Shown here piece after piece: positions 39,241-47,635 of a DNA stretch of 64,000 nt. Numbering within the stretch: the first letter of the stretch is position 1; every line of letters begins with the position of its first letter. Below the pieces are notes generated by a model that did no database searches, was not told the origin of the DNA, and saw only the letters and a list, made by a program, of their open reading frames with translations. Position numbers and translations under genes: made by a program. This DNA is from a virus. Where the stretch lies: positions 32,001 to 96,000 of IMG/VR virus record IMGVR_UViG_3300037826_000058, one strand, 5' to 3'.

Positions 39241-39257
39241 TGTAACATCATGTTACA
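39241..39257. promoter_or_regulatory. 17-bp palindrome copy 3
   Basis: TGTAACATCATGTTACA directly after the tail tube stop codon. Confidence 0.6.
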
Positions 39258-39644
39258 TTAGCTAAAACCGGTTGATGTCAAGGCTCCATCTATGATTCCA
39301 CTGAAGTCGATTGTCCAGAAGCCATCGGCAGGCCCATCCACTGACCAGCTTGTGAAATAACCCGTGAAGCTCCAGTAATCAGACGTTGCGTTCGTTGGGT
39401 AGATTGCTACGGTGTGCGATGAACCAGTGGTTGTGTAATCGATCAATGTGCTTTCTGTGTCGTCTGCTACTCCCCCACCTGAGAACTCACCTGAGTAAGG
39501 CCCTACAGCTTTCTCGGTGTAGTTCTGTCCTTGGATTAAGACCTCCGCTACCGATCTATCCAGGGATATTGACAGCGTGGTTGAAGACGAATAGTGGGAA
39601 CCATCGACGTACATCATACCATTCAAACCATCTAAACTTGCCAT
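39258..39644 (-). CDS. tail tube protein
   Basis: 128 aa beta-rich, YWSFTGYFTSWSVDG...FSGIIDG; GGAGG RBS; upstream of chaperones. Confidence 0.75.
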   Translation of the reverse strand: MASLDGLNGMMYVDGSHYSSSTTLSISLDRSVAEVLIQGQNYTEKAVGPYSGEFSGGGVADDTESTLIDYTTTGSSHTVAIYPTNATSDYWSFTGYFTSWSVDGPADGFWTIDFSGIIDGALTSTGFS

Positions 39645-39684
39645 GTTATGTACCTCCTATCGTGAATTTTAGAATTCATCATTA

Positions 39685-40707
39685 TCAGTTGTCAATAATG
39701 CTCAATTTCCTCAACAGGTATTGAGCGCGGTGGAGGTACGAGTGATTAGCTACAGCGCTTCTCGCGCCTCGACCTATGAGCATTCTATCGTTACGTTTTT
39801 CATCTCGTATCCATTTTCTCAAGATGCCTTCTAATTCGTTTGGCGTTGCAAAGGGCAAATAGTTTTCCCCAAGCAAATCGCTCAGCTCCGGTATTGTATC
39901 TTGTGAAGCAATCGTTGCCCCACAAGCCGCTGCCTCGTAAATACGTGGGCCAACAGATTCTCTTCCTGGTATAGTCTCCTGACCTTGAAAATCTACGCTT
40001 ACCCGATCTAAGTTAAGAACTATTTTGGCCCCGTTATAATACTGCGCTGCTTCATCATTCCTCAATACAACATCATCTTGGTTAAAAAATTTCTTTAATG
40101 GACTATCATCTAGTTTCCAGTATCCAAATAACTTGAAGTCGATACCACTCCAATCTACTTGTTCTAGAAAGTGTTGTCTTTCTGGAAAACCACTCCCTAC
40201 GAATACCACGTCGCTTCTGTACTTGCTGGATACAATCATAGGGTGATGTATCTCTTGACTGTATGCCAATGGTAGAAAATCTATTCCCATTACTTCCGCG
40301 CTACTAAGGTCATTGGCGAACGTGTGTGTTGCTCTCTCGACTATGTACGAGTTTGTTTTATCTCTATAAGGACACTCCGTAAGTATTGCTACTGTGGGTA
40401 TATTCAATCTATGCATCCAGTCCCAAAATATATCGTGAATAGACGTTCCGTCCACGATGAACACAATATCTGGCTGACATTCTACGACCTTAAACACTAC
40501 ATCAGCTGTGGCTCGCTCGTATGTTGTTGCCGTGTTGAGACTGGTAGACTGAATGACCTTCTCCCATTGCTCCCAAATTTCTTCATAGTGAATGTTGGTG
40601 CAATGGACGTTGAGCTGTTGAAAGGCTCTAGAATATCCTACAGCACAGTCCCTTGTACTCGCTGCATGTGGTGGAAAGATCAGAGCTACGTGTTTATTTT
40701 GATGCAC
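39685..40707 (-). CDS. CgeB-family (GT-B) glycosyltransferase
   Basis: DVVFVGS..R, YNGAKIVLN, RIYEAAACG, HSYLHRA. Confidence 0.85.
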   Translation of the reverse strand: MHQNKHVALIFPPHAASTRDCAVGYSRAFQQLNVHCTNIHYEEIWEQWEKVIQSTSLNTATTYERATADVVFKVVECQPDIVFIVDGTSIHDIFWDWMHRLNIPTVAILTECPYRDKTNSYIVERATHTFANDLSSAEVMGIDFLPLAYSQEIHHPMIVSSKYRSDVVFVGSGFPERQHFLEQVDWSGIDFKLFGYWKLDDSPLKKFFNQDDVVLRNDEAAQYYNGAKIVLNLDRVSVDFQGQETIPGRESVGPRIYEAAACGATIASQDTIPELSDLLGENYLPFATPNELEGILRKWIRDEKRNDRMLIGRGARSAVANHSYLHRAQYLLRKLSIIDN

Positions 40708-41014
40708 CGACGATACCCGCGATAAGTGCTCCTAGGAAATTAACGATGTCGATAGTGTTGCTTTTATCTCGCAAGCTTTTTATTGCCCCCTCGATGTTTT
40801 CCATCTTAGCTTGCGTGCTGGATTCCCGACGCTCTAATTCCCTTACTCTTCTGTCTAACTTATCATGTGTTGCTTCTACTTTACCGGTAAGAGATTGAAT
40901 TTGCTCACCTAGATCGTTACGGGTTCGCCTCATCTCCTCGGTAAGTGCCTCTACATCTCTGCAGAGCACTGCTACTACCATATCACCATCATTCTTCTTC
41001 GCCCCTGTCATCAC
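40694..41014 (-). CDS. coiled-coil protein with C-terminal TM (XhlA/holin-like)
   Basis: Heptad region followed by hydrophobic tail. Confidence 0.5.
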   Translation of the reverse strand: MMTGAKKNDGDMVVAVLCRDVEALTEEMRRTRNDLGEQIQSLTGKVEATHDKLDRRVRELERRESSTQAKMENIEGAIKSLRDKSNTIDIVNFLGALIAGIVGASK

Positions 41015-41186
41015 CGTCCTCTTCTAATCTGGTTCCAATGTGTGGAATGTCTTCATAACCTACCAGAACCAGTCCCCCTCCCCACATCGCGAAGGCCACT
41101 TGCATGATTTCGTGTGTGTTGGAAAACTGCTCTAGCTTGTGGCACAACTCCTCTGGACTTCCTCCTCTAATCGATTCAAATTTCAT
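40989..41186 (-). CDS. small hypothetical protein
   Basis: Coupled to neighbours. Confidence 0.5.
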   Translation of the reverse strand: MKFESIRGGSPEELCHKLEQFSNTHEIMQVAFAMWGGGLVLVGYEDIPHIGTRLEEDGDDRGEEE

Positions 41187-41187
41187 C

Positions 41188-41622
41188 TTAAGTGCTAACC
41201 TCCTCTGTTACCTCTAACCTCAAGTCAAGTCGCATATAATACGGTTCGTCTACCCGCAACTCAATACCACTGGAACCTGTTACTACGGCTCGCCTAACCC
41301 CCGTGGCGCTGTCTAAATGGGGGTATGCATTTAGCTGTGCCATTACATTATCAACATCCGACAGCAAGTTTTCATACGTTGAGTTGCTATCCATGCGGTG
41401 GTAAACGCCCACTGTAATAACGTGATCGCTCGCAAATCGACCATGCCCAGCTACTGGTATGTTTCCAGGGCCATGTGAACTCGGTTCGTATTCTAATATC
41501 ACTGCCCTCGATAAACCTGTAGTTAATATCGACCAGTCACCAATCGACACGTTGCTAGCACTATAGTTGGCATGGTTAGTTATGACTGTTTCAGTTGCTT
41601 GTAATACCGATATAATACTCAC
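41188..41622 (-). CDS. putative tail terminator
   Basis: 144 aa, position before tail tube. Confidence 0.55.
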   Translation of the reverse strand: MSIISVLQATETVITNHANYSASNVSIGDWSILTTGLSRAVILEYEPSSHGPGNIPVAGHGRFASDHVITVGVYHRMDSNSTYENLLSDVDNVMAQLNAYPHLDSATGVRRAVVTGSSGIELRVDEPYYMRLDLRLEVTEEVST

Positions 41623-42203
41623 TATTCACCTGGTAACCCTAATCGTTGGCTGGGTGAATGCCATCCAGACCCGTCACCCGCTAACTGCATAATAATATTA
41701 ACCGCCAGTTCAGAAGCTGTTCCTTCCAATACATCTTTGGTCATTTCGTCTTTAGCAACACGGTCAACAAATGGGTTCTCACCATGTGTTCCCCAACCCT
41801 GTCTTGTTGCCCAAACAGACGTACCGCGAAGCCTGATACCATGCCAAATCTGCCACGCCTCTCCCTCTGTGACACCAAGCTTGCTCTTAGCCCACATATA
41901 GATTGGTATAAACGGTGGGGTGTGTGGGTCTGTACCATCCAACACATAGTTTACATTGTCGGCCTTGCTTGGGTCGGGGCCTACGACAAATCCTTTTTTG
42001 TGTTCTTCTAGTATTCTCACAGAGTCTGCTAAAACCCCGCGCCATCGTACAAGGTTGGCCTCGTATTGCAACCGTTTGGTGAAATAGGCTTTGAGCTTTT
42101 TGAGCGCTGTCTCAAGTACGTGCATTCCCCCACTCTTCGCTACCTTAGCGGCACGCTCGGAAAGCTCTGTTATATCTTTAGTCTTTACTTCAATAGTCAA
42201 CAT
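41622..42203 (-). CDS. neck/tail-completion protein (HK97 gp10-like)
   Basis: GVLADSV...YVLDGTDPHTPP...IYMWA motif. Confidence 0.6.
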   Translation of the reverse strand: MLTIEVKTKDITELSERAAKVAKSGGMHVLETALKKLKAYFTKRLQYEANLVRWRGVLADSVRILEEHKKGFVVGPDPSKADNVNYVLDGTDPHTPPFIPIYMWAKSKLGVTEGEAWQIWHGIRLRGTSVWATRQGWGTHGENPFVDRVAKDEMTKDVLEGTASELAVNIIMQLAGDGSGWHSPSQRLGLPGE

Positions 42204-43240
42204 TATTCGTTGTCCCACATATCGCGTGTGAATCGGGGCTTAATTAGTGTGTCGTCGTCATCCCAGCTATCCCTATCACTATCCTCTACTCCACCAGCCG
42301 TTAATCCCCTTGCTGATTTTATTGTATCCTCCTTTGCAATACCCAGCGTCACGAATGCATCTACAATCTCACCACCTTCTCTAAGTTGCTCTTGTAGCGA
42401 TTCGTACAAAGTACGGAACGCCCCCATACGAGTACCAGCTCCCTGTGCTCCTCGGAAACTGGCGGTATTGCTGGTCAGCTCACACCACATTGCTGTCCCC
42501 GCATCAGCATATGGTCTTAGCATGCGCTTTGCCATAGTGTCAGTGATAGGTGTCTCAAACCCAGCTCCTTGCAACCATAGGTCTATCTGGTCTGAAACTT
42601 GGTCAGCGTAGTCATAAACCTCTGTCGGTGATAGTTTGGAATCAGCGCTATAGTCAATTGTACCGCTGTTGGTATGTTGCTTGACTGCGTGAGCTACGCT
42701 TCTTATCGATGGATAGGATACATCTGTTCGCTCACCAGTGTATATTTGAAAGCAAAAGTCGGTGTCGGTGCCGATGTCTGACCATATGGTTCCGTTATAC
42801 GTTTCCCCTTCCCCGTCAACAAAGTGGGGGGAAGATTGATCTGCACCCCAAGCAATCTCTGTGGTTCCATCAGTATAAGAATATGATGACGATGCCAACA
42901 ATACTAGGTGATATGTCGTTGAAGCATCCATTTCCGGTCGCCCATCCATGTCGTAAGTAAAATCAACATACCCCCAAGATGTATCTACAGACGCCATTGG
43001 CAACCCATTAGAATCTCCGTTGGTCAAAGGGGTATCTGGTAACCCAGCGCCATCGTCGGCTCGAATACTGACCTGTAGATACCCAAGTGGTGCACCAATT
43101 TTCCTGAGGTATAACCGCACGGTGCCCACAGTCCCAGATTGCTTTAATTGAAACGACTGTGCTAACATCTGATTAGCACCACTGCTGGTCAAATCGACAG
43201 CTGTAGACCTGTTATCGCTGGCGTATTCTAGTATCTTCAC
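42203..43240 (-). CDS. head-tail adaptor fused to N-terminal beta-sandwich domain
   Basis: C-half IDLWLQGAGFETPI (Mu gp36-like); N-half LAQSFQL...RLYLRKIG. Confidence 0.55.
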   Translation of the reverse strand: MKILEYASDNRSTAVDLTSSGANQMLAQSFQLKQSGTVGTVRLYLRKIGAPLGYLQVSIRADDGAGLPDTPLTNGDSNGLPMASVDTSWGYVDFTYDMDGRPEMDASTTYHLVLLASSSYSYTDGTTEIAWGADQSSPHFVDGEGETYNGTIWSDIGTDTDFCFQIYTGERTDVSYPSIRSVAHAVKQHTNSGTIDYSADSKLSPTEVYDYADQVSDQIDLWLQGAGFETPITDTMAKRMLRPYADAGTAMWCELTSNTASFRGAQGAGTRMGAFRTLYESLQEQLREGGEIVDAFVTLGIAKEDTIKSARGLTAGGVEDSDRDSWDDDDTLIKPRFTRDMWDNE

Positions 43241-43600
43241 TATGACCTCAACACAAACACCAAGGTTCTCTCTGCCCCCTGTGTCGTTGCCCCTCCGCTA
43301 GTACCAGAGCGTACCTTGAGGTAAGGAAACGCCGACAATGCTTCCATACCTACAGTCGTAAACCCAATAGCGCGTGAAGCCGCAGCAGATACCTGAACCT
43401 CATTTCCCTGACTGTCATATACATTATTGTATGTACCACCTGTTTCATGGGCAGCCTGGAAGGTTAAATCAGCGGTAGTCCAACCCGCAGGCATAATCAT
43501 GCCCCGAACAGACATTCCCTCGGTATCTACTTCGTCAGAAAGCGATGCTCCTGCGTCAATGGTGGCTTCTTTACCATGAAACTTCTTGGTTGTTCTCATC
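43240..43600 (-). CDS. small virion structural protein
   Basis: ATIDAGASLS...MPAGWTTADLTFQ...LKVRSG jelly-roll-like pattern. Confidence 0.55.
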
Positions 43601-44296
43601 ATAAACCTCTTTCCATTCTTTCGTGCGCCTGAAATCCGCCGCACCTATAGCATACGTCGTTAGATGCCCCAGTTGTACCCTGAAGTCCGCGTGTATCTTG
43701 AACCTGTGCTTGCGTGCCTTGCGGCAAAAGATGATGTCTGAAGTCATCCCATACACACCTTGCCCTGTCCAAAACCACGGTGAGGGTATAACCTCAAAGA
43801 CCTCTCGTTTTACCATCAGGCATCCAGTACCAACCTCATCTACCTCGAAAACAGATTCATCGTCGGGTATCCCGCTTAGCACTTGTGGTTGATAAAATGT
43901 TGGTATGTTTTGTTTATCGAACCACGCTTGCACCTCCTTCGCCATAGGGAAGTGTAGCTCGTTATTTTGGGGTGCCAGCTTGTAAACACACGGTGCGAAC
44001 GGGCGCTCACGTTGATATACAACACCACTCACAATATCGAGGTCAAGGTTGTAAAGGTGCTTTGCGGTATGAGGATGAAATACCTCGTCACTATCTATAA
44101 AGAACAGGTGGGAGGCCCCTTCGATTTTTAGAAACTTCTCAGCAATGTTCTGACGCCCTTTGAAGATATTTGTGCATCGTTGACCTATCACCAGATTGGG
44201 AATGTCGTTTTGTGCTAAATGAATGCGCATGTTGTCCAACGCATCCTTAAATTCCCATTGACCAAACCTTTCTCTCAAAACCCCTATTACAATCAT
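43571..44296 (-). CDS. GT-A (family 2-like) glycosyltransferase
   Basis: HLFFIDSD, VGTGCLMVKREVF, SDIIFCRKA, LGHL. Confidence 0.8.
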   Translation of the reverse strand: MIVIGVLRERFGQWEFKDALDNMRIHLAQNDIPNLVIGQRCTNIFKGRQNIAEKFLKIEGASHLFFIDSDEVFHPHTAKHLYNLDLDIVSGVVYQRERPFAPCVYKLAPQNNELHFPMAKEVQAWFDKQNIPTFYQPQVLSGIPDDESVFEVDEVGTGCLMVKREVFEVIPSPWFWTGQGVYGMTSDIIFCRKARKHRFKIHADFRVQLGHLTTYAIGAADFRRTKEWKEVYDENNQEVSW

Positions 44297-44526
44297 TGGT
44301 CACTATCCGCCAAGGGGTCGGTGACAGGATTCCCACCTGCTGTTTCCGCGATTGCGTTAGCAATATGTTGTAGCTCTTTAATAGCACCATTGTGCCTCTC
44401 TCTAGCGGCAATAGCCTCGTCTATTTTCTCGTTCAATTGCATAATTGCCATTGTGAGGTTATTGACTTCTTGTTGGTGCCATTCTAAACGTGCTTTCAAC
44501 TTGTTGAAAGATGCATCATTTTTCAT
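44293..44526 (-). CDS. small coiled-coil protein
   Basis: Heptad pattern; coupled between the two GTs. Confidence 0.6.
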   Translation of the reverse strand: MKNDASFNKLKARLEWHQQEVNNLTMAIMQLNEKIDEAIAARERHNGAIKELQHIANAIAETAGGNPVTDPLADSDQ

Positions 44527-45169
44527 CTTTCTGTTCCTCCCATGCTCTTATTCCTTCTTCCCGATTTTCTACCCAGTCTCTTTCAGTGATGGATTGTGGA
44601 CGTATGTGTCCGCATTTGATACTGGTATCACACCAGATATTTACCTTTGCTTCTGTACGAGCCTTGAGACACAACCTTAAGTCGCTACCTACTAATGGTT
44701 GGTCTCTAAACGGCCCCAACTGGCTCCATGGTCTTTCCATAGAAGCCAAAACGCTCCTGTGTATCAATAGACAACCATGCCCACAAGCGCCTACTTTGAT
44801 AAGCTGATTATCTGGATAGTAGAAATACCTTGTCTTGGGCCACTGGTCAATCGGTTCTGTCTGGAATATTGTAGGAAACGCCATGTCACCGCGTGAAAAG
44901 TACAAACCAGTGATAAACCTCTTTCGGTGACTAAGGAGTTTAGGCAAGGCATTGCTGGGTATCTCCATATCAGCATCGATGATAAATACAAAGTCAGAAT
45001 CGCCACGCATAAACTCTTCAAGCAAAACCTCACGGGCGTACTCACTTCGCATTCCTACTCGCGCTAGAACGCGAGAGACCACTGGCTGATGAGTTACTGG
45101 CAACAATGTGCTTGTGACAAACCTTGATACGATAATATCAGGAAAGCACACTAAAACGTCAACCTTCAT
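44516..45169 (-). CDS. GT-A (family 2-like) glycosyltransferase
   Basis: FIIDADM, CGHGCLLIHRSVL, SDLRLC, CGHI; paralogous to 43571..44296. Confidence 0.8.
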   Translation of the reverse strand: MKVDVLVCFPDIIVSRFVTSTLLPVTHQPVVSRVLARVGMRSEYAREVLLEEFMRGDSDFVFIIDADMEIPSNALPKLLSHRKRFITGLYFSRGDMAFPTIFQTEPIDQWPKTRYFYYPDNQLIKVGACGHGCLLIHRSVLASMERPWSQLGPFRDQPLVGSDLRLCLKARTEAKVNIWCDTSIKCGHIRPQSITERDWVENREEGIRAWEEQKDEK

Positions 45170-45222
45170 ATGTCCCCCTAGCTGGGGCTACTATTCCCCA
45201 GCCCTGCGGCTGTAGCAACCTA

Positions 45223-45786
45223 CTAAGCTGTGGTTGTGGTTGAGAATTCGACGTATCTGTATGTACCAGAACCAGTGTGGATACCAATCCAGTATTTGCT
45301 GTTTTGGTTTACTACTCGGATGGCACCTGTATCAGGTTCACCACTAAGGGCGCTTGTGGTGTACCCGATGTCGCACCAGTTGTTAGCATCAACAGCCAAT
45401 GCCGCTGTAGCGTCCTGTTCTACGGTAAGAGCGGCCTGATCGTCGCTTGCGTTGTCCTGCTTGACCAGTACCACCGGGCTGTTGGTTGCCCCGCTTGTTA
45501 AGTTGCGAGCCACTTGAACTTGACCAGCCTCTGCGATGTTGACCAACAATTGAGAGTTACCACTATCCCAATCTACAATCACATCGGATGAGTCACCAAA
45601 TTCAAGTTGGTCATTATCCTTCAACCACAAGTCACAACCGTCGAAGTATAACTCATCTGCGCTTGCATCAAATTTGACAACAGCATTCGATGTATCACCA
45701 TACCATGTGCTATCAACGGGGTCGTCTTCTGTGCCGAACTTAGTTGGGCCTCGAAAGTGCTCTGTCATTCTCCATTTTCTTGTCAT
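45223..45786 (-). CDS. putative head fibre/decoration protein
   Basis: Beta-rich; GGAGG RBS; ends STTTTA. Confidence 0.55.
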   Translation of the reverse strand: MTRKWRMTEHFRGPTKFGTEDDPVDSTWYGDTSNAVVKFDASADELYFDGCDLWLKDNDQLEFGDSSDVIVDWDSGNSQLLVNIAEAGQVQVARNLTSGATNSPVVLVKQDNASDDQAALTVEQDATAALAVDANNWCDIGYTTSALSGEPDTGAIRVVNQNSKYWIGIHTGSGTYRYVEFSTTTTA

Positions 45787-45867
45787 GTCTTCCTCCGTGA
45801 CTGTCCTCTCGCTTAAAGAGAGGGTTTGAGGTCTTTGCCCCTAGACGCCAGTCTGCGCCCAAGTAAT

Positions 45868-45891
45868 TAAAAACCCCCTTCGCAGGGGGTT
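45868..45891 (-). terminator. intrinsic terminator after capsid genes
   Basis: AACCCCCT-GCGA-AGGGGGTTTTT on - strand. Confidence 0.75.
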
Positions 45892-45966
45892 AGAATAGGT
45901 ACTCACCCCTATTAGGTATACGTAGGTACTGACCCCCACGTGGGTCTATATATATTTTTTAGGGGG

Positions 45967-46239
45967 CTATGGAGCTACAATCTCTGCTGGCTCCTCTTTT
46001 TCCCCAGCGTGCCTTTTTACACCGTGTACGGTGCGGGCATCTTCTGTGAGGAACTTTGCCCCACAGCGCCCGCACTCGTACAATTCGGTGTTTTCATCCG
46101 GCAATGGTTTGAACAACCCGTGCCGTAACAGTTTCTCATCGTTTCGTAAACCTTTCAGTTCAATGACTTGTCGCTGGTCTAATTGTTCACCAGCATATCC
46201 AAACGACTTACTGGCATAGACCTTATCACCGATTGACAT
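45967..46239 (-). CDS. C2H2 zinc-finger small protein
   Basis: YECGRCGAKF...HGVKRH; GGAGGAG RBS. Confidence 0.7.
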   Translation of the reverse strand: MSIGDKVYASKSFGYAGEQLDQRQVIELKGLRNDEKLLRHGLFKPLPDENTELYECGRCGAKFLTEDARTVHGVKRHAGEKEEPAEIVAP

Positions 46240-46259
46240 TGCTCCTCCTATTAGGTTGT

Positions 46260-47228
46260 TTATGCGTCTACTGCATCCTCAAGCCAAGCACCTGCGTTGG
46301 AAACCGTGGCTTTCTGGTCGTAGCAAGTTAGCCCCTCTACATAATCACCACGTTTCTCAGCGTCGTGATATTTACGTATCCATTGTGGGCCTGAACCTGC
46401 CTCTGGGCCAGTCTTCCAAACAAAAGTATATCCTGCGCTTGGTGTGAACAGGGATGGGCGCTGTGCTACATAAAGCAACAGTGCGTCGTCATCCCAGTTA
46501 GCCGAATACGTCTGACTTGATGCTCCCTCATCGGCACTGGCGTAGATTGAACGCCCTACCAGTACACGCTCAAGGTCAAACAGTGCAGCTAGCAACTCGG
46601 TGGTTGCAATGCCGCGCTCTGTGTACTTGATGCGGTCTAGTACATCGGGGTGATCCATTAGCTTGTCATAGGTCATATCACCTAAAACAAGGGTGTTGGG
46701 ATCACGTCCAATCAATCGACGAACGGTTCGCTTATAGTCTCGAACGTCCGTGATAGGGTCAGAGCTACCAAAGCTCGACCATTTTACAAAGTCTACACCA
46801 CCGTCTTTATCTGTACCCCATACGGTATCGGTGCAGAATGAAGACACAAATGCTCGCTCTCGACGGATGAACAACTTCTCTGTCACAAGCATCGTTGCTT
46901 CACGATCAGCATCGAATGGGGTGTCCTGATTGGCTCGACGCTTATCAGAGATAAAGTGTCGCGCACCATATTCCTGACAGTAATACGTCGCTGAGGTATC
47001 AACCTCATAGCCGATGTCAGGTGCTACACCACCCTCTGGGATAAGCGAAGCGTCATCCCTGAACCAATAGTCCTGCGTATAGGCCGGGATGATGTCCGAC
47101 TGCTTGTCTACCATCACGATAGGGAATACTTGGTCAGCGATATACTCCTCATTGCTGTATCCAATCGAGATGTTAGACAACATTTTATTAACATGAACGT
47201 CTCCAGCTGTTGGGCTTAGAATAGGCAT
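46260..47228 (-). CDS. major capsid protein
   Basis: 322 aa; LSNISIGY...IADQVFP, PNTLVLG, PSAGYTF; follows scaffold and decoration genes. Confidence 0.88.
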   Translation of the reverse strand: MPILSPTAGDVHVNKMLSNISIGYSNEEYIADQVFPIVMVDKQSDIIPAYTQDYWFRDDASLIPEGGVAPDIGYEVDTSATYYCQEYGARHFISDKRRANQDTPFDADREATMLVTEKLFIRRERAFVSSFCTDTVWGTDKDGGVDFVKWSSFGSSDPITDVRDYKRTVRRLIGRDPNTLVLGDMTYDKLMDHPDVLDRIKYTERGIATTELLAALFDLERVLVGRSIYASADEGASSQTYSANWDDDALLLYVAQRPSLFTPSAGYTFVWKTGPEAGSGPQWIRKYHDAEKRGDYVEGLTCYDQKATVSNAGAWLEDAVDA

Positions 47229-47243
47229 TATTATCCTCCGTTA

Positions 47244-47633
47244 CTACGCTGCCCTGGCTGGGCCACCTAACAGAACCATCTCGGCGTTCTCGCCGCTATC
47301 GGCTCCGACTACCACGACACCAGCTACATAGGCTGTAGTGTCGCTACCGGGGGTGAGCGCTGTGGCTGACCCGCGTGCGTTTGGGCCTACCAGATTGCCA
47401 GCCGTAAGTGTTTCTCCGGCTACCACCTTGGAATGACCCAATACTCTTACCAGTGCCGCCCTGCCTGACGATGCAGGCTTGTTTTGCAAAATACCAAGTG
47501 CCTGGTCTGTAGCAGCGTTGCACCGACTGACCTGCTCGTTGGTGCTGTCCTGTTCTACAAAGTAGTATTGGTAATCGCTCAAATCTCCTGCGGCTTTGGC
47601 ATTAACGTTAATTCCGTCCTGTTGTTTTGCCAT
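47244..47633 (-). CDS. capsid cement/decoration protein (DUF2190-like)
   Basis: AAGDLS..QYYFV, GILQNKP, KVVAGE. Confidence 0.75.
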   Translation of the reverse strand: MAKQQDGINVNAKAAGDLSDYQYYFVEQDSTNEQVSRCNAATDQALGILQNKPASSGRAALVRVLGHSKVVAGETLTAGNLVGPNARGSATALTPGSDTTAYVAGVVVVGADSGENAEMVLLGGPARAA

Positions 47634-47635
47634 TA

